64,000 bases of DNA from Botryllus schlosseri (Eukaryota). The notes below the pieces were generated by a model. The model was not told the DNA's origin and did no database searches. It saw only the letters and a list, made by a program, of their open reading frames with translations. Location of the stretch: the NCBI GenBank assembly GCA_051294905.1, contig CM119373.1:9672001-9736000 (forward strand), given 5' to 3'. Every line of letters begins with the position of its first letter. Within the stretch, counting starts at the first letter, position 1. Shown piece after piece: positions 51,920 to 61,954 of the stretch. A program made the position numbers and the translations under genes.

Positions 51920-54849
51920 CAGACATGGGGTGATTACTTTATGAATGTAATCGATTGCGATTACGATTACTTCGAAATCTCGCGAGTACGATTACGATTA
52001 CGATTACAGCAAAATCAGGAAGTAGTCGATTACTATTACGATTACATTGAAAAAGTAATCACGATTACTCACGATTACATTTGTTTTGCTAATGACTGTA
52101 ATCTTAAATTATATATGGGAAGACAATACAAGGATTGCGATGAAAAGGCTTAATGTGATATCAACTTTCTTCATCATGCGTCATTTGCTTATTACGTCAT
52201 AATATATCAATTGCCCTACTTTATAGTGGATGATTTATCGCATCCAACGATTTGCATTATTGCCAGGTCTTTACCTGCCGCGCCCCAAATTCCTTAATAG
52301 AGTGGGGAGCGTGCTCGAAGGGGACTCAAAAGTATTTCGTAAACCAACATATATTATAGAGCATTTTCGAGAATTTAATTAATTCTTGTAAATGTTTTTC
52401 GAGCTTTGCGATTCAAATATCTCTAGTACAGTGCTCACCAACGCGGAGCAAATGAGTCGCTCGCGGTCGCTGTAGTAGTGGTGGCTTTTGAGGTGGGCGA
52501 GGTGGGCGGTCGCCAGGGGGGCTGGCCGAAGGGCTCCCCTATTTGGATTATGCGCTTTTTTCAAGGATAATAACGAATAAACTTGGAAATCCGTGTAAGA
52601 CAAGAATGGGATTCCGTACAGATGTGTCAATCATCATCAAATCTCTGCATTTGTTAGAAAAGTACCATATCCCGATAATCATCACGTCTCTGCATGCGGT
52701 AGAATTGCTTAGTTTTAATGTCGTGTATCTTTGCACACATGAAAAAATAGACATGGCCGAATCCAGCACCTGGCCAAACCTTGATAGATAGATACTAATA
52801 GCAGATGCGAAAGAGGGGTCTGGGGGGCGAAGCCCCCCATAAGTTACGGATAGATACTTATAGGGGGGCTCCCGGTAAGTCTCGCCCAGCCCCCCACCCC
52901 CACCCCGTTCGTATGGCAACCACTGCGCTGTAGCAAATATCCAAATGAGAGATTTGATAGTTGAAGCTCGTTTCATATGAGCAGCAGTTGAACATGGGTC
53001 GGCCGACGCCAAGGAACATACGAACGCAGTCGCTTGGGGCATTGCTTGTCTTTGCCCACGCGGCGTCTCAACGGGAATCTATATAGTTAATATTCTCGAG
53101 TCTAGACGCGGAGATCAGCGCTTCTGTGCGCACTGCAGCAACGCAACTAAGCTTGGAGGAGCTGGTGTGAGTCCCTGCGAGTGAGCGTTTTTTTTCTTGG
53201 TGGGGGGCGAAAACCCGGTCCCGTGCTCTGATTGACTTACTCTAAGTGAATAAATCCAACTGAACATGGATAAACGACGGGAGTACGAGGTAACCCGTCG
53301 GTCTTCGCAATAATCAGTACACACTGCACAAGAAGTAGCTTTTTGTTTCAAAACAGTTGGTGACCCCTGCTCCAGTAGATAGCTGGGTTTGAAATGCATA
53401 CCTCTTTCCCTCAAGAAAAAACATACATAGGCTATATTTTATGGGAACAGGCATTTCGTTGCCGGTCATTACCGCGCCACGATCCCACAACACACCAAAA
53501 CACATATGCAGTTTCGGCCAACACGCAACTCCACGGGATGTGATACCAAAGAAATACCTTGGCCGAAACTTAGGGTATTCGTCCATTGTCAATAGTCGCG
53601 CTGAGTGGGCGGGACTAATAACTATTGTCCTTCCAATCTGGGCCCACAATGCAAATGTCATCCGGCGCATCCACAAAAGAATAAAGTCGTGACAATTTGT
53701 GTATGCGTCTCACAAAAGATATTCTTTTAGTCTGCTACGTTTGGGCGAGTACAATATCTTGTGATTATACAACGGACTGGAGGTCGCGAATTAACAACAT
53801 ACGGTAATTATAACAACATACCAGATGCTATGAATATGAATTACGTAAATCTGACACTCGGGGCTCAGAGAGGTTATAAATGAATAGTAATATGATGCAA
53901 TTACCAATATTATTGACGAAATTCACTTTTGAAAATTGACCAACGGTTGGACAGGGGAATTGCTGTTTTGGCTGAATTGCTGATTGTAGCTACAACCCCC
54001 GCTAACATGTCAGGCTATATAAGCGGATGGTTATGGCGGCAGGTCCAAATGCTAAGTAACGAACTTTGAAATAACGATTGACGCCCTTTTCAAGTAGTTA
54101 TATGAGAATAAGATATGGTTAACATAAAAATTCTGCCTTCAACTTAATACATATACAGCGAGCTGCCATTACGAGAAACGGCTAAGCTTGGCTCGGTTAT
54201 GATATATATCAGCAGCTGTTTATTTGTAATGCTTCGTTGTGGAAACTGCAATGTCTTATTCTTCGAGTACAAAATTCCGAATCTTCGTCAGGTGCACTGC
54301 ACGTGCGTACGTAGGCCTCCTGCTCGCCAAGCGGCAATGGTAAACTGCGTTTAACTAAGCACAACCAAACATTAATACATAAGTTACTAGTTGAAACTAT
54401 AGGCAGAGTGGTGATCAATATCCTGCTGCGAGGTAGCGGCTTCTGTAGTGTATTGATAACCTGATATATACCACGGGAGGTGTTCTTACAATCACACTAC
54501 AATGTCCATCGCATGTCTGTTTACCATGTGTGAATACTTGTTACGCAATGACGAGCGGAGCTAAAACTTCTGACGTAATAATGAGTCAGTGGCAGACGTT
54601 TGTGCTAACGCTAACGTGGTATATTATCTCATTCTTGTTCACGAATACTCAGTTTATGTCATAGTCCTTGTACAAACAAAAAGTAATCGTTCTTTCACAA
54701 ACTAATCGATTAGATATGGGAAGTAGTCGATTACGATTACGATTACTTCGCATTTTTTTCGAATGTAATCGATTGCGATTACGATTACTTCAAAATGCTG
54801 TAATCGTCGTAATCGATTACGATTACTAATCGCGATTACCCCATGTCTG
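51920..54849. mobile_element. Non-autonomous hAT element (2930 bp) nested in the CACTA element
   Basis: 12-bp TIR CAGACATGGGGT; exact TSD GTATACTA at 51912-19 and 54850-57; GATTAC/GTAATC subterminal arrays. Confidence 0.9.
52778..52897. repeat. Young interspersed repeat with twin GC hairpins (copy 1; element probably extends further right)
   Basis: 120 bp identical to 63881-64000. Confidence 0.85.
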
Positions 54850-55255
54850 GTATACTATAGATAGAGCTATTGGGTATTCGTATTCAAACTGGTTCTGTAT
54901 TTAATTTTACCATCAGGAGCTGCATATTTATAATTTGGATTTTCATTGCGACTGTTGCAAGGAGACATTTCGTTTGAATGAAAGGAAATCTTCTGATATA
55001 TTTCTGGCGTCACAATTTTTGTAAATGTGAGAATTTACTATGAATACATTCAGTATGATTCTGCCAATACTAAACGACGGATCACGGTCACGGACGATGC
55101 ATAACTTGTCTTCAGTCCCGCTCAGTCCGACGTTTAGTATTACAGTATCTGTGGTTAATCAATATAGTGTTATACTGTCATTCAGCATAATAATTGATAC
55201 CAGTGCGTTTTAGTTGTGAATTGAATGTTAAAATGTAAAATGTATGACTTAACAG

Positions 55256-55392
55256 GACATCAGTAGAGAAATTACTATGAATGTGTTGAAATGTCCTATC
55301 CTTGCATGCATGAACCAGTACTTGGACAGGAAGTCTCTATTGGCTCAGGTTCGGCGCTGCCACTATATGTGTACAAACTGCAAGTGTTACGG
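55256..55392 (+). pseudogene. Degenerate C2H2 zinc-finger-like exon upstream of SAMD3-like exon A: KCPILACMNQYLDRKSLLAQVRRCH
   Basis: cttaacag| and |gtgagt. Pattern C-x4-C-x12-Q-x4-H has Gln where His is expected. Ends in phase 2, but exon A needs phase 1. Confidence 0.45.
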
Positions 55393-55451
55393 GTGAGTTT
55401 AGGCTTGACTTCATTTATCAATTTTTTCACCTCTATACCCAATTTTCCTAG

Positions 55452-55773
55452 AAAAAGTACAAAGCGTTTGCGACAGCAGCATCACTAGCGACTCCCTAAC
55501 TGTGGATTCATCTGAACGTGATGTGATGGATAATTCAGTTGAATCATTACTGGATTCATCTGAATCTATTGTGACGAATGATTCAGTTGAATCATCACTT
55601 TCACGTTCACACCAACGATGGCCTGTGGTCTACAACATGACAACTTTTCCTCAATACCTGGTGCAACGCATCAAACACCTAGTACCTGGGAGCGCTGGCA
55701 ATATTGTAATTCCATCAAGACTGAGAAAAGAGATCAGGACAATTCTCTTTCAAGATCTTTTGCAATATACTTT
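55452..55773 (+). CDS. SAMD3-like exon A (Ser-rich repeat, then WPVVYNMTTFPQYLV...QYT)
   Basis: ttttcctag| acceptor, TT|gtaagt donor, open frame, first in-frame ATG at 55526. Confidence 0.75.
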
Positions 55774-58700
55774 GTAAGTATAATTCTATTCAATTCATCC
55801 ATGGTATTTTGTTTTGAAACTCATGCATGCATTTCGTTAGTTTGGATAGATATCAGCTAACTACATGCCGATCTATCTAACAGGTACCCCACTGCGCATC
55901 AGTATAAAGAAGTATGCTCGGCATTATTAAGAAACTATCCAGTTTTGAAAGACAATAACGAAGAAAATTCCAGCTACGTAAGTCAGCTGCATCCTGCATG
56001 TACCTGTAGTCCTGGGCAAATATCCATAGTAAACTGTCCTTGCCCATTACAGGTGAATTCCGGACTACTGTATGTTTTCATATCAGCGTATTATACGCAC
56101 CAATATCGACGGCCGCTAACACATACTAATTGAATTACGTGTTGACGCCCACACAAATTTCCGCACATTGCCCAGGCCTGATATAATCTATTCTTGTTGA
56201 CGATTTTTGTCCTCTTTTTTGAGATTTTGTCCTCTTTTTTGAAAATGTAGGTCAGATTTTGAGCAAATTGCGAGTGATATGCCGCAAATTAGCACAGAAG
56301 TGACGCTCCGGCGGGTATTTCGGAGTGAAAAACGGTGATTTTAGCTCTGAGCGAAAAGATGACCTTTTTTTTTTTAGTCAATCGATCGCAAAGTGAGAAA
56401 AATTCACCGGTTTTTGAGAATTCTGCTCCGGTTTTGCAAGTTGCAAATTTCTGAAAAAGTGTCCTCTTTTTAGATTTCCAAATTATGGTAAGCCTAAATA
56501 TGATAAGCTTGCCAAAGAGTCCGGAAGCGCTGTCAATTAGCGAGTCACTGATGTCTGGTGAACAATTAAATACGCGCTGGTATTACGCAGCCTCGGCGAC
56601 AGTTTTTGCAAATCAAAATGTCCGAACCTGCGCCACCTCGTAAGTCGGCGCCTATGGTTATCTTTTGTCATGACTATACCTGTACACTGTACGCAGCTTC
56701 AATGTAGTTCTGAAGGCAATAATCACAATTCCAGAATAACTACAAGATAATCCGAGTCCAAGTCGTTATGTTCAATGTTAGGTTTTCAGTTCAATCCACT
56801 TTTTGTCAATTCTGCTAAAGTGATTGGCTCCCATCCAGAATACAGTAATTTTCCTCAGTCTTAACAGTTTCTGGCCCTATTTTGCCAAGTATCAGGACTC
56901 ATACTCGAAATAACTATTCTTCGAAGTTGCAATGAAAAATTGATTCGAGTCGAGTCATTTAACGTATTTGTAAAAAAAAAAGAATTGAGTCAAGTCGAGT
57001 CACCCAAAAATCGCGACTTGAGTCCATGCAATGGAACCACCTCAAAACAGCCCTCAAAGTCTGAAAATCGGCATTGTTGCCAACAATCGCTCAACGAAAT
57101 TGACCATTGGTATGTTCATTGTGTCGTGGCGCTGCCAGTGTTGAAACAATGCCGATTTTCAGACTTTGCGGGCTGTTTAGTTTTTTTTTCTTGCTTTTAG
57201 TATTAGGACCCTCTGCAGAGTTGAGTGTAACAATAATTGCAATTTCTTCAGGGCTCGTGGCATATTGCCTTAAAGCAGAAGTTCAAGGACTATCGAAGAC
57301 CGTTACAAGCTAAATTGGTGAATCAGATGAAGCAGAAGTATGGTACAAAACGAAAGAATGTCATTGAGGAAGAAGAAGAAACCAGCAGCTCAAGATGCAA
57401 AAGAGCCAGGGTTGTAAGTCCAATTAATTTTTATCTTGGTTTTGAGATGAGCTAGTTAAATTCGAATTTTTCAGGATAATTTCTGTCCGGATCTTGTCGA
57501 ATATCAACACAGCATTGATAATCACATAAAAGATATACAACAAGAAGTGAAAAAGAGGGAACCAAACCAAGTCACGCTCCTAGACCGAATGAAGAGGACC
57601 CACCAACACCGCAGAAATCAGATTTTAGAAGGGGCTCAGTTATCGGAGATACTCCTGACCTATCCAGCACTATTGGATGCTCAATGGGTAAGTACAGTGG
57701 TCTATAGTATGAATTGTCATTGCTACAGGTGTATCATATTTTATGTAACATATTAAGATGTTGAAAGAGGCTGAAACCTTGATTGGGTTTGATATTTTGA
57801 AGCACACAACACAGAGCCGCTACAATGTAGCTCAGGGCAAGATAAAGTGGCCTAAAGTTCCCGAGACTATTCAAGGATTACTTGGTGAGAATATTATTTC
57901 ATGAAATTGTGTGGCATTGCAAATTTTCCGCTAAGAACTTTTTTCGAATGAATTCAAGTGCAGTGGCTCTCTAACTTCTACCGTTGCGAGGCAATTGTAG
58001 AAACTTGTTTGACTTGCGCCTCACCAATAATCGTGGCTTTCACAATAACATTGTCTCGTACCAGCCGGTTACAGTTGGATTCATTTCCGAAAATTACACG
58101 CGTTCAAAATAAATATCGGAACACTAGAAGTCAGGGTTGTAATGACTCGAGTCATGACTCTACTCGAGTCAAAATTTTCTGATGACTCGAGTCATTTTTT
58201 CAAAATACGGAAATGACTCGACTCGAGTCAATCTGTGTATTGACTCGACTTGGACTCGAGTCATTGCACATGACTCGGACCAAGTCATTGACTCGAGACT
58301 CAGACGGCCAAGACCGACATTTCATTGTAATTTCGTAGAATTGAGAAGTAACCATCCTACTGGGATTTCGTCTGATTGGTACTGGTACTTGAAAATGCGA
58401 CCAGAAACTGCTAAAAGGGAGGAAAATTAGTATATTATAAATGCTAAACATTCGATATCACCAAACATAGTTATATAAAGTGAGTTTAACAAGACTTTAA
58501 CTGGAAACTGAGCAGTCAACATAATGACTTGGACTCGGACTCGAGTCATGATATCATGACTCGGACTTGACCCTCTACTCGATGACTTGGACTCGGTGGT
58601 GAATTGAAAAGGACTCGACTTGACTCGAGTCAATATAATAAAAGTGAAATTGACTTGTGACTCGGAGTCTTGTGACTTGGTTACAACCCTGCTAGAAGTA

Positions 58701-60097
58701 ATCATCGATGGTTCTAATAACCTGCTTCTGCTTTATAGGTGATGGAGTGGTGGATTGGCGTGCTGGTATACCAAACATGTTTGGAGAAGGATATGACAAT
58801 TTTCTTCATATTGGAGAGGTAAGCTGTTCGTAGATAGATGATGTATTATGTATAATACACATTGTTAAAACTAAACAGTTAGTTAGTTGATCGTAAACTA
58901 ACTAAGGTTTATTTTTATTTGATTTTGAAAATTCAGTAGTTGTGGTTCTAGTTCAGTGGTTCTCAACCGGGGGTCCACGAAGCATTTTCAGGGGGTCCGC
59001 GAAGCCTCTAAATTTATACCATAGTTTATAACGTAATTTGTGTTTGTTTTTTTAATTAGGAAAATCATGAGGCCGTCTCGCTTCATTAAAAACTCCAAAC
59101 TCACATCAACAGAATGGCCGTCTGATATGAAATGTCCTGCTGTGAGACTCATTTTAATTGCTGAATTGCCAAGAGCCTACTGATACAAAAATTTTCAAGA
59201 AAAGTCTTTTTTTGCATGCTCCCGCGGGGTCCGTGACGGTCCAAAAAGGGTCCGAGAAGACAAAAAGGTTGATAACCACTGTTGTAGTTGTTGATTTTGA
59301 AAATTCAGTAGTTGTAGTTCTAGTCTGGTTTCCACCTCGCCATCTCATCCGCGTAAGCGGTGTCTTACAAAATTCCTAGAAGTGGCCCGTGCTGCAAGTC
59401 GGCAAATACGGAATGAAAAATAAATAATACCGACCCGGTGTAAATGACCATAGTGGTAGACCAGTGTTTCATAACCGAGTCACGAGTCAATCCATATTTC
59501 TGATATGCCCCAACAACTTCTACCAATAGAAAGTGTCAAAATTGCTCAATTAAATAGTTTCATAGACCTGGTACAGGCGTCGCATAGCTTTAGTAATGGA
59601 TTGGAGCTCATGAGATTGAAATACATACTTCATCGCGACTGAAATATATACTTCATCGCGACCAAAGCAGACTGACTTGACAAGATTATTTTTAAAAGTA
59701 TAAATCAAATGAGCAACACTTCGTGACACAAAGTCATGTTTATAACTTGTGCATTGGTAATATAAATTGTCCTATGTACTAAACCTATCTCGATATCATA
59801 ATGATCTGAAGTCCGAAGATTTCATAGTAATATATCTTTCAGGTTTCTATCTCTCCATATCCAACGATGGTCTACAATTTGCAATGGAGCCTGCACTTGG
59901 ATGGACTCGTCTTCTCAAAAAACATTGAAAGTTTTGATGAAGCACTTGCTCTTCTGATCGCAGCTCATTGGATATTTAACATCAAGTTTCAGAAGACTAT
60001 CAAGCACACTCTCACCTTCATTTCGTCATACCTGCTAAAGCTGCCTGGCGTAGAGCTGACAAATTCCGTTGTGAGGACTACCAATATGTTGCCATAA
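55526..60097 (+). CDS. SAMD3-like protein of the transposon-associated type (no SAM domain in the intact part), 7 exons, 392 aa from ATG 55526
   Basis: Join of 55526-55773, 55884-55977, 57252-57413, 57475-57687, 57758-57884, 58739-58818, 59843-60097 = 1179 nt, all GT-AG, no stops. Motifs WP-x-x-Y...YP-x-x-x-QY-x-x-V-x-x-AL-x-x-x-YP-x-L...W-x-x-x-LK-x-KF-x-x-YR and C-terminal AL-x-LL-x-A-x-x-WIFNI-x-F match, from memory, the family annotated 'SAMD3-like' in fish and invertebrate genomes. Structure is more certain than the family name. Confidence 0.75.
55884..55977 (+). CDS. SAMD3-like exon B: YPTAHQYKEVCSALLRNYPVLKDNNEENSSY
   Basis: ctaacag| and |gtaagt; 94 nt, phase 2-0. Confidence 0.85.
57252..57413 (+). 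CDS. SAMD3-like exon C: GSWHIALKQKFKDYRRPL...RCKRARV (basic, NLS-like)
   Basis: tttcttcag| and |gtaagt; 162 nt, phase 0-0. Confidence 0.85.
57475..57687 (+). CDS. SAMD3-like exon D: DNFCPDL...MKRTHQHRRNQI...LLTYPALLDAQW
   Basis: tttttcag| and |gtaagt; 213 nt, phase 0-0. Confidence 0.85.
57758..57884 (+). CDS. SAMD3-like exon E: MLKEAETLIGFDILKH...PETIQGLL
   Basis: tattaag| (weak) and G|gtgaga; 127 nt, phase 0-1. Confidence 0.72.
58132..58691. mobile_element. hAT MITE of the GACTCGA-repeat family, in SAMD3-like intron 5
   Basis: TIR CAGGGTTGTAA; exact TSD CTAGAAGT; clearly homologous to 13149-13707. Confidence 0.92.
58739..58818 (+). CDS. SAMD3-like exon F: GDGVVDWRAGIPNMFGEGYDNFLHIGE
   Basis: ctttatag| and |gtaagc; 80 nt, phase 1-0. 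Confidence 0.8.
58954..59281. mobile_element. hAT Charlie/Buster-like MITE in SAMD3-like intron 6
   Basis: TIR CAGTGGTT(C/A)TCAACC; TSD TTCTAGTT/TTGTAGTT (7/8). Confidence 0.85.
59335..59460 (+). mobile_element. Partial copy of the same SINE in SAMD3-like intron 6
   Basis: CTCGCCATCTCATCCGCGTAAGCGGTGTCTT...CCCGTGCTGCAAGTCGG. Confidence 0.7.
59843..60097 (+). CDS. SAMD3-like terminal exon G: VSISPYPTM...FDEALALLIAAHWIFNIKFQKTIKHTLTFISSYLL...LP*
   Basis: tctttcag| acceptor, phase 0; 84 codons plus TAA. Confidence 0.85.
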   Translation, partial: VSISPYPTMVYNLQWSLHLDGLVFSKNIESFDEALALLIAAHWIFNIKFQKTIKHTLTFISSYLLKLPGVELTNSVVRTTNMLP

Positions 60098-60116
60098 ACA
60101 ATGGAACTGTCATCAT

Positions 60117-61323
60117 TAGGGCGATTTTTTTTTGACATGTCAAAAAAAGTCAAAATAAGGTCAAAATTTTAGCGTTAGGTCAAAAAATGTCAAAATTGAC
60201 AAAAATTTTCGCAACCTGCATTTTATTTGTATCGTAGATTTTGCGCAATCGGTGAACTTATCGTTTGACATTTTACAGTTTGTAGCCTACTTTATAGGCC
60301 TACCGTGGCAGACGGCGCATTGTCTGCTCGTTGTGAATCATAAACAGTCAAATGAAACAAATAGGTTGACACGGTGTTATGCTCAGCGTACCGAAATATT
60401 CTAAGTGAAGCAAGACTGCGTGGGCATTGCATGGTTCTTACAAAAATTGCAATGTATACCATTATTGTCAGAATGAAGCAACACGGTGTGTCACCAGCAG
60501 TGTACGCACGCACAACTTCAGTGTTGCCAGCCAATAGCTGCTACAGTTGAACGTTCTTTCTCCATTCTTCTTGCTGTTGTTGTTTGTATATTCATGGTGT
60601 TTGTCGACTACAATGGTCATTTATACGCCAGGCCGATATTCCTTATTTTCGATTCCGTATCCGCCGAGTATCTGCCGACTTGCAGCACGGCCCACCTAAC
60701 TATGCTTTTTATAAGACACCGCTTACGCAGATGAGATGGCGAGGAGGAGCCTATAGATAAACCTCCAACACAGTTAGGAATTCTGGAGTCGGCCTCGGTC
60801 GGACTAGAACCTAAAACCCATTGGTGTTGTAGCTGTGGATTATCCCACTACGCTATCTCGCCACATCTTCATCCTTGGCAAGCTACTTAGTAAAGACAGA
60901 CACTTTTTACCCGAGAATCAGGGATATCTAGAACTAGATATCTAGATATCCCGGCCGAGAATGCAGGAAAGTATCTTTCGTTGTACTACAACAAATTTTA
61001 ATTATTTTCACCATAGTACATCATGTATACTGGAATTCATCATAGGGCCAAATTTTGTTAAAATAATGTTTCGTCATGTAAAACTTTGTCAGTTTTTGAG
61101 TCAAACAAGTTTTTCAGGGAAAACTACTTCGTAGGGACCGACAATTCAAACCAGAAATGAGGATAAGTAGTACAATTCTAACATTTTTTGGGAAAACACC
61201 TAATTTGCATACGTTAGGTCAAAATTTGGTCAAAATTTACTTTTTTAAGGTCAAAAAATGTCAAAATTTAGATTTTTTAGGTCAAAATCTTTCGTTTTTT
61301 AGGTCAAAAAAAAAATCGCCCTA
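60117..61323. mobile_element. hAT element of the TAGGGCGATT family, 20 bp after the SAMD3-like stop codon; contains a SINE
   Basis: TIR TAGGGCGATTTTTTT; exact TSD GTCATCAT; GGTCAAAA subterminal repeats. Confidence 0.92.
60575..60866 (-). mobile_element. Near full-length tRNA-derived SINE
   Basis: Head ATAGCGTAGTGG (A box) and GGTTCTAGTCC (B-box-like), body CGTAAGCGGTGTCTT...GGGCCGTGCTGCAAGTCGG, CAA/ACAA-rich tail; homologous segments elsewhere in the window. Confidence 0.75.
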
Positions 61324-61338
61324 GTCATCATAGTTATG

Positions 61339-61580
61339 TAGGGTTACCATACGGAGGTTCGAGCGGGTCATTCGGAAGTCGATTGTAAGTGCCTACTTTT
61401 AATTTTAGTCAACACCACTAAATTTAAGTAAAAAGATGGTAATTCTGGAGTCATCACTTTCATTCAACACCAAAAGTTTTCCAGCAAAAAATAGCAAAAT
61501 ATGCTGTCATTCTTGATCAACTAACTTTCCTGAATTGGTAAAATTGTCCTCCTTTTTGATTCCGTAATATGGTAACCCTA
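61339..61580. mobile_element. hAT MITE of the TAGGGTTACCATA family
   Basis: 13-bp TIR TAGGGTTACCATA; degenerate TSD TAGTTATG/CAGTAATG (6/8). Confidence 0.8.
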
Positions 61581-61709
61581 CAGTAATGGCTGTTTGAATT
61601 CGCTTGATAAAATGCATGAAATACCATACTTGTATGTTTTCAATTGGATTTGTATTTATCGGTATTGCATATAGCGCAGCGATGTGTGGCAGCTGACAGA
61701 TAGGTTGGG

Positions 61710-61806
61710 GTGGAAGGTATGTCCCCCATATAGGGTGGAGGGTGTTCCCCCATATAGGGAGGAAGGTATTCCCCCATATAGGGAGGAAGGTATTTCCACC
61801 ATGATG
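61710..61806. repeat. 24-bp subterminal tandem repeat (about 4 units, CCCCCATATAGGGAGGAAGGTATT) near the right CACTA end
   Basis: Read directly; produces the spurious (YLPPYMGE)n ORF on the minus strand. Confidence 0.85.
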
Positions 61807-61954
61807 GGGGTGGATTTACATCCCACCATGAATGGTCAAAAGCGTGAACCACTTTTAATGGATGAAATCTCCACCTTTTAGAATTACAGTGTAGGTATCG
61901 TGTACGTTAATATAGGCTATCACTTCATTGAAAGATAGAGTTGGAATTAGCAAT

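Larger units (their letters stand above)
51025..61891. mobile_element. CACTA / CMC-EnSpm-type DNA transposon (10867 bp) carrying the SAMD3-like gene; no transposase seen
   Basis: 22-bp TIR CACTGTAA(A/T)TCTAAAAGGTGGA with 1 mismatch; TA on both flanks (51023-24, 61892-93); CCATAT-containing subterminal repeats at both ends. Confidence 0.88.

Noticed and set aside
52548-53042. 164-aa ORF
   Set aside because: Runs across the GC-hairpin repeat and flanking transposon DNA; no protein motif.
57958-58131. Open frame after exon E as a SAMD3-like exon
   Set aside because: No donor before the MITE and no family motif. Exon F at 58739 fits the phase and has strong splice sites.
58132-58691. CRISPR-like or satellite array (GACTCGA, GATTAC, AAGTTGCA repeats here and elsewhere)
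   Set aside because: Eukaryotic context. The repeats are irregular, lack unique spacers, and are bounded by TIRs and TSDs, so they are hAT subterminal repeats.
61590-61700. CAIC...H zinc-finger-like start of a CACTA transposase on the minus strand
   Set aside because: Too short, interrupted by a stop, and cut off by a MITE; cannot be supported.
61640-61852. (YLPPYMGE)n repeat protein
   Set aside because: A by-product of the 24-bp CACTA subterminal repeat.
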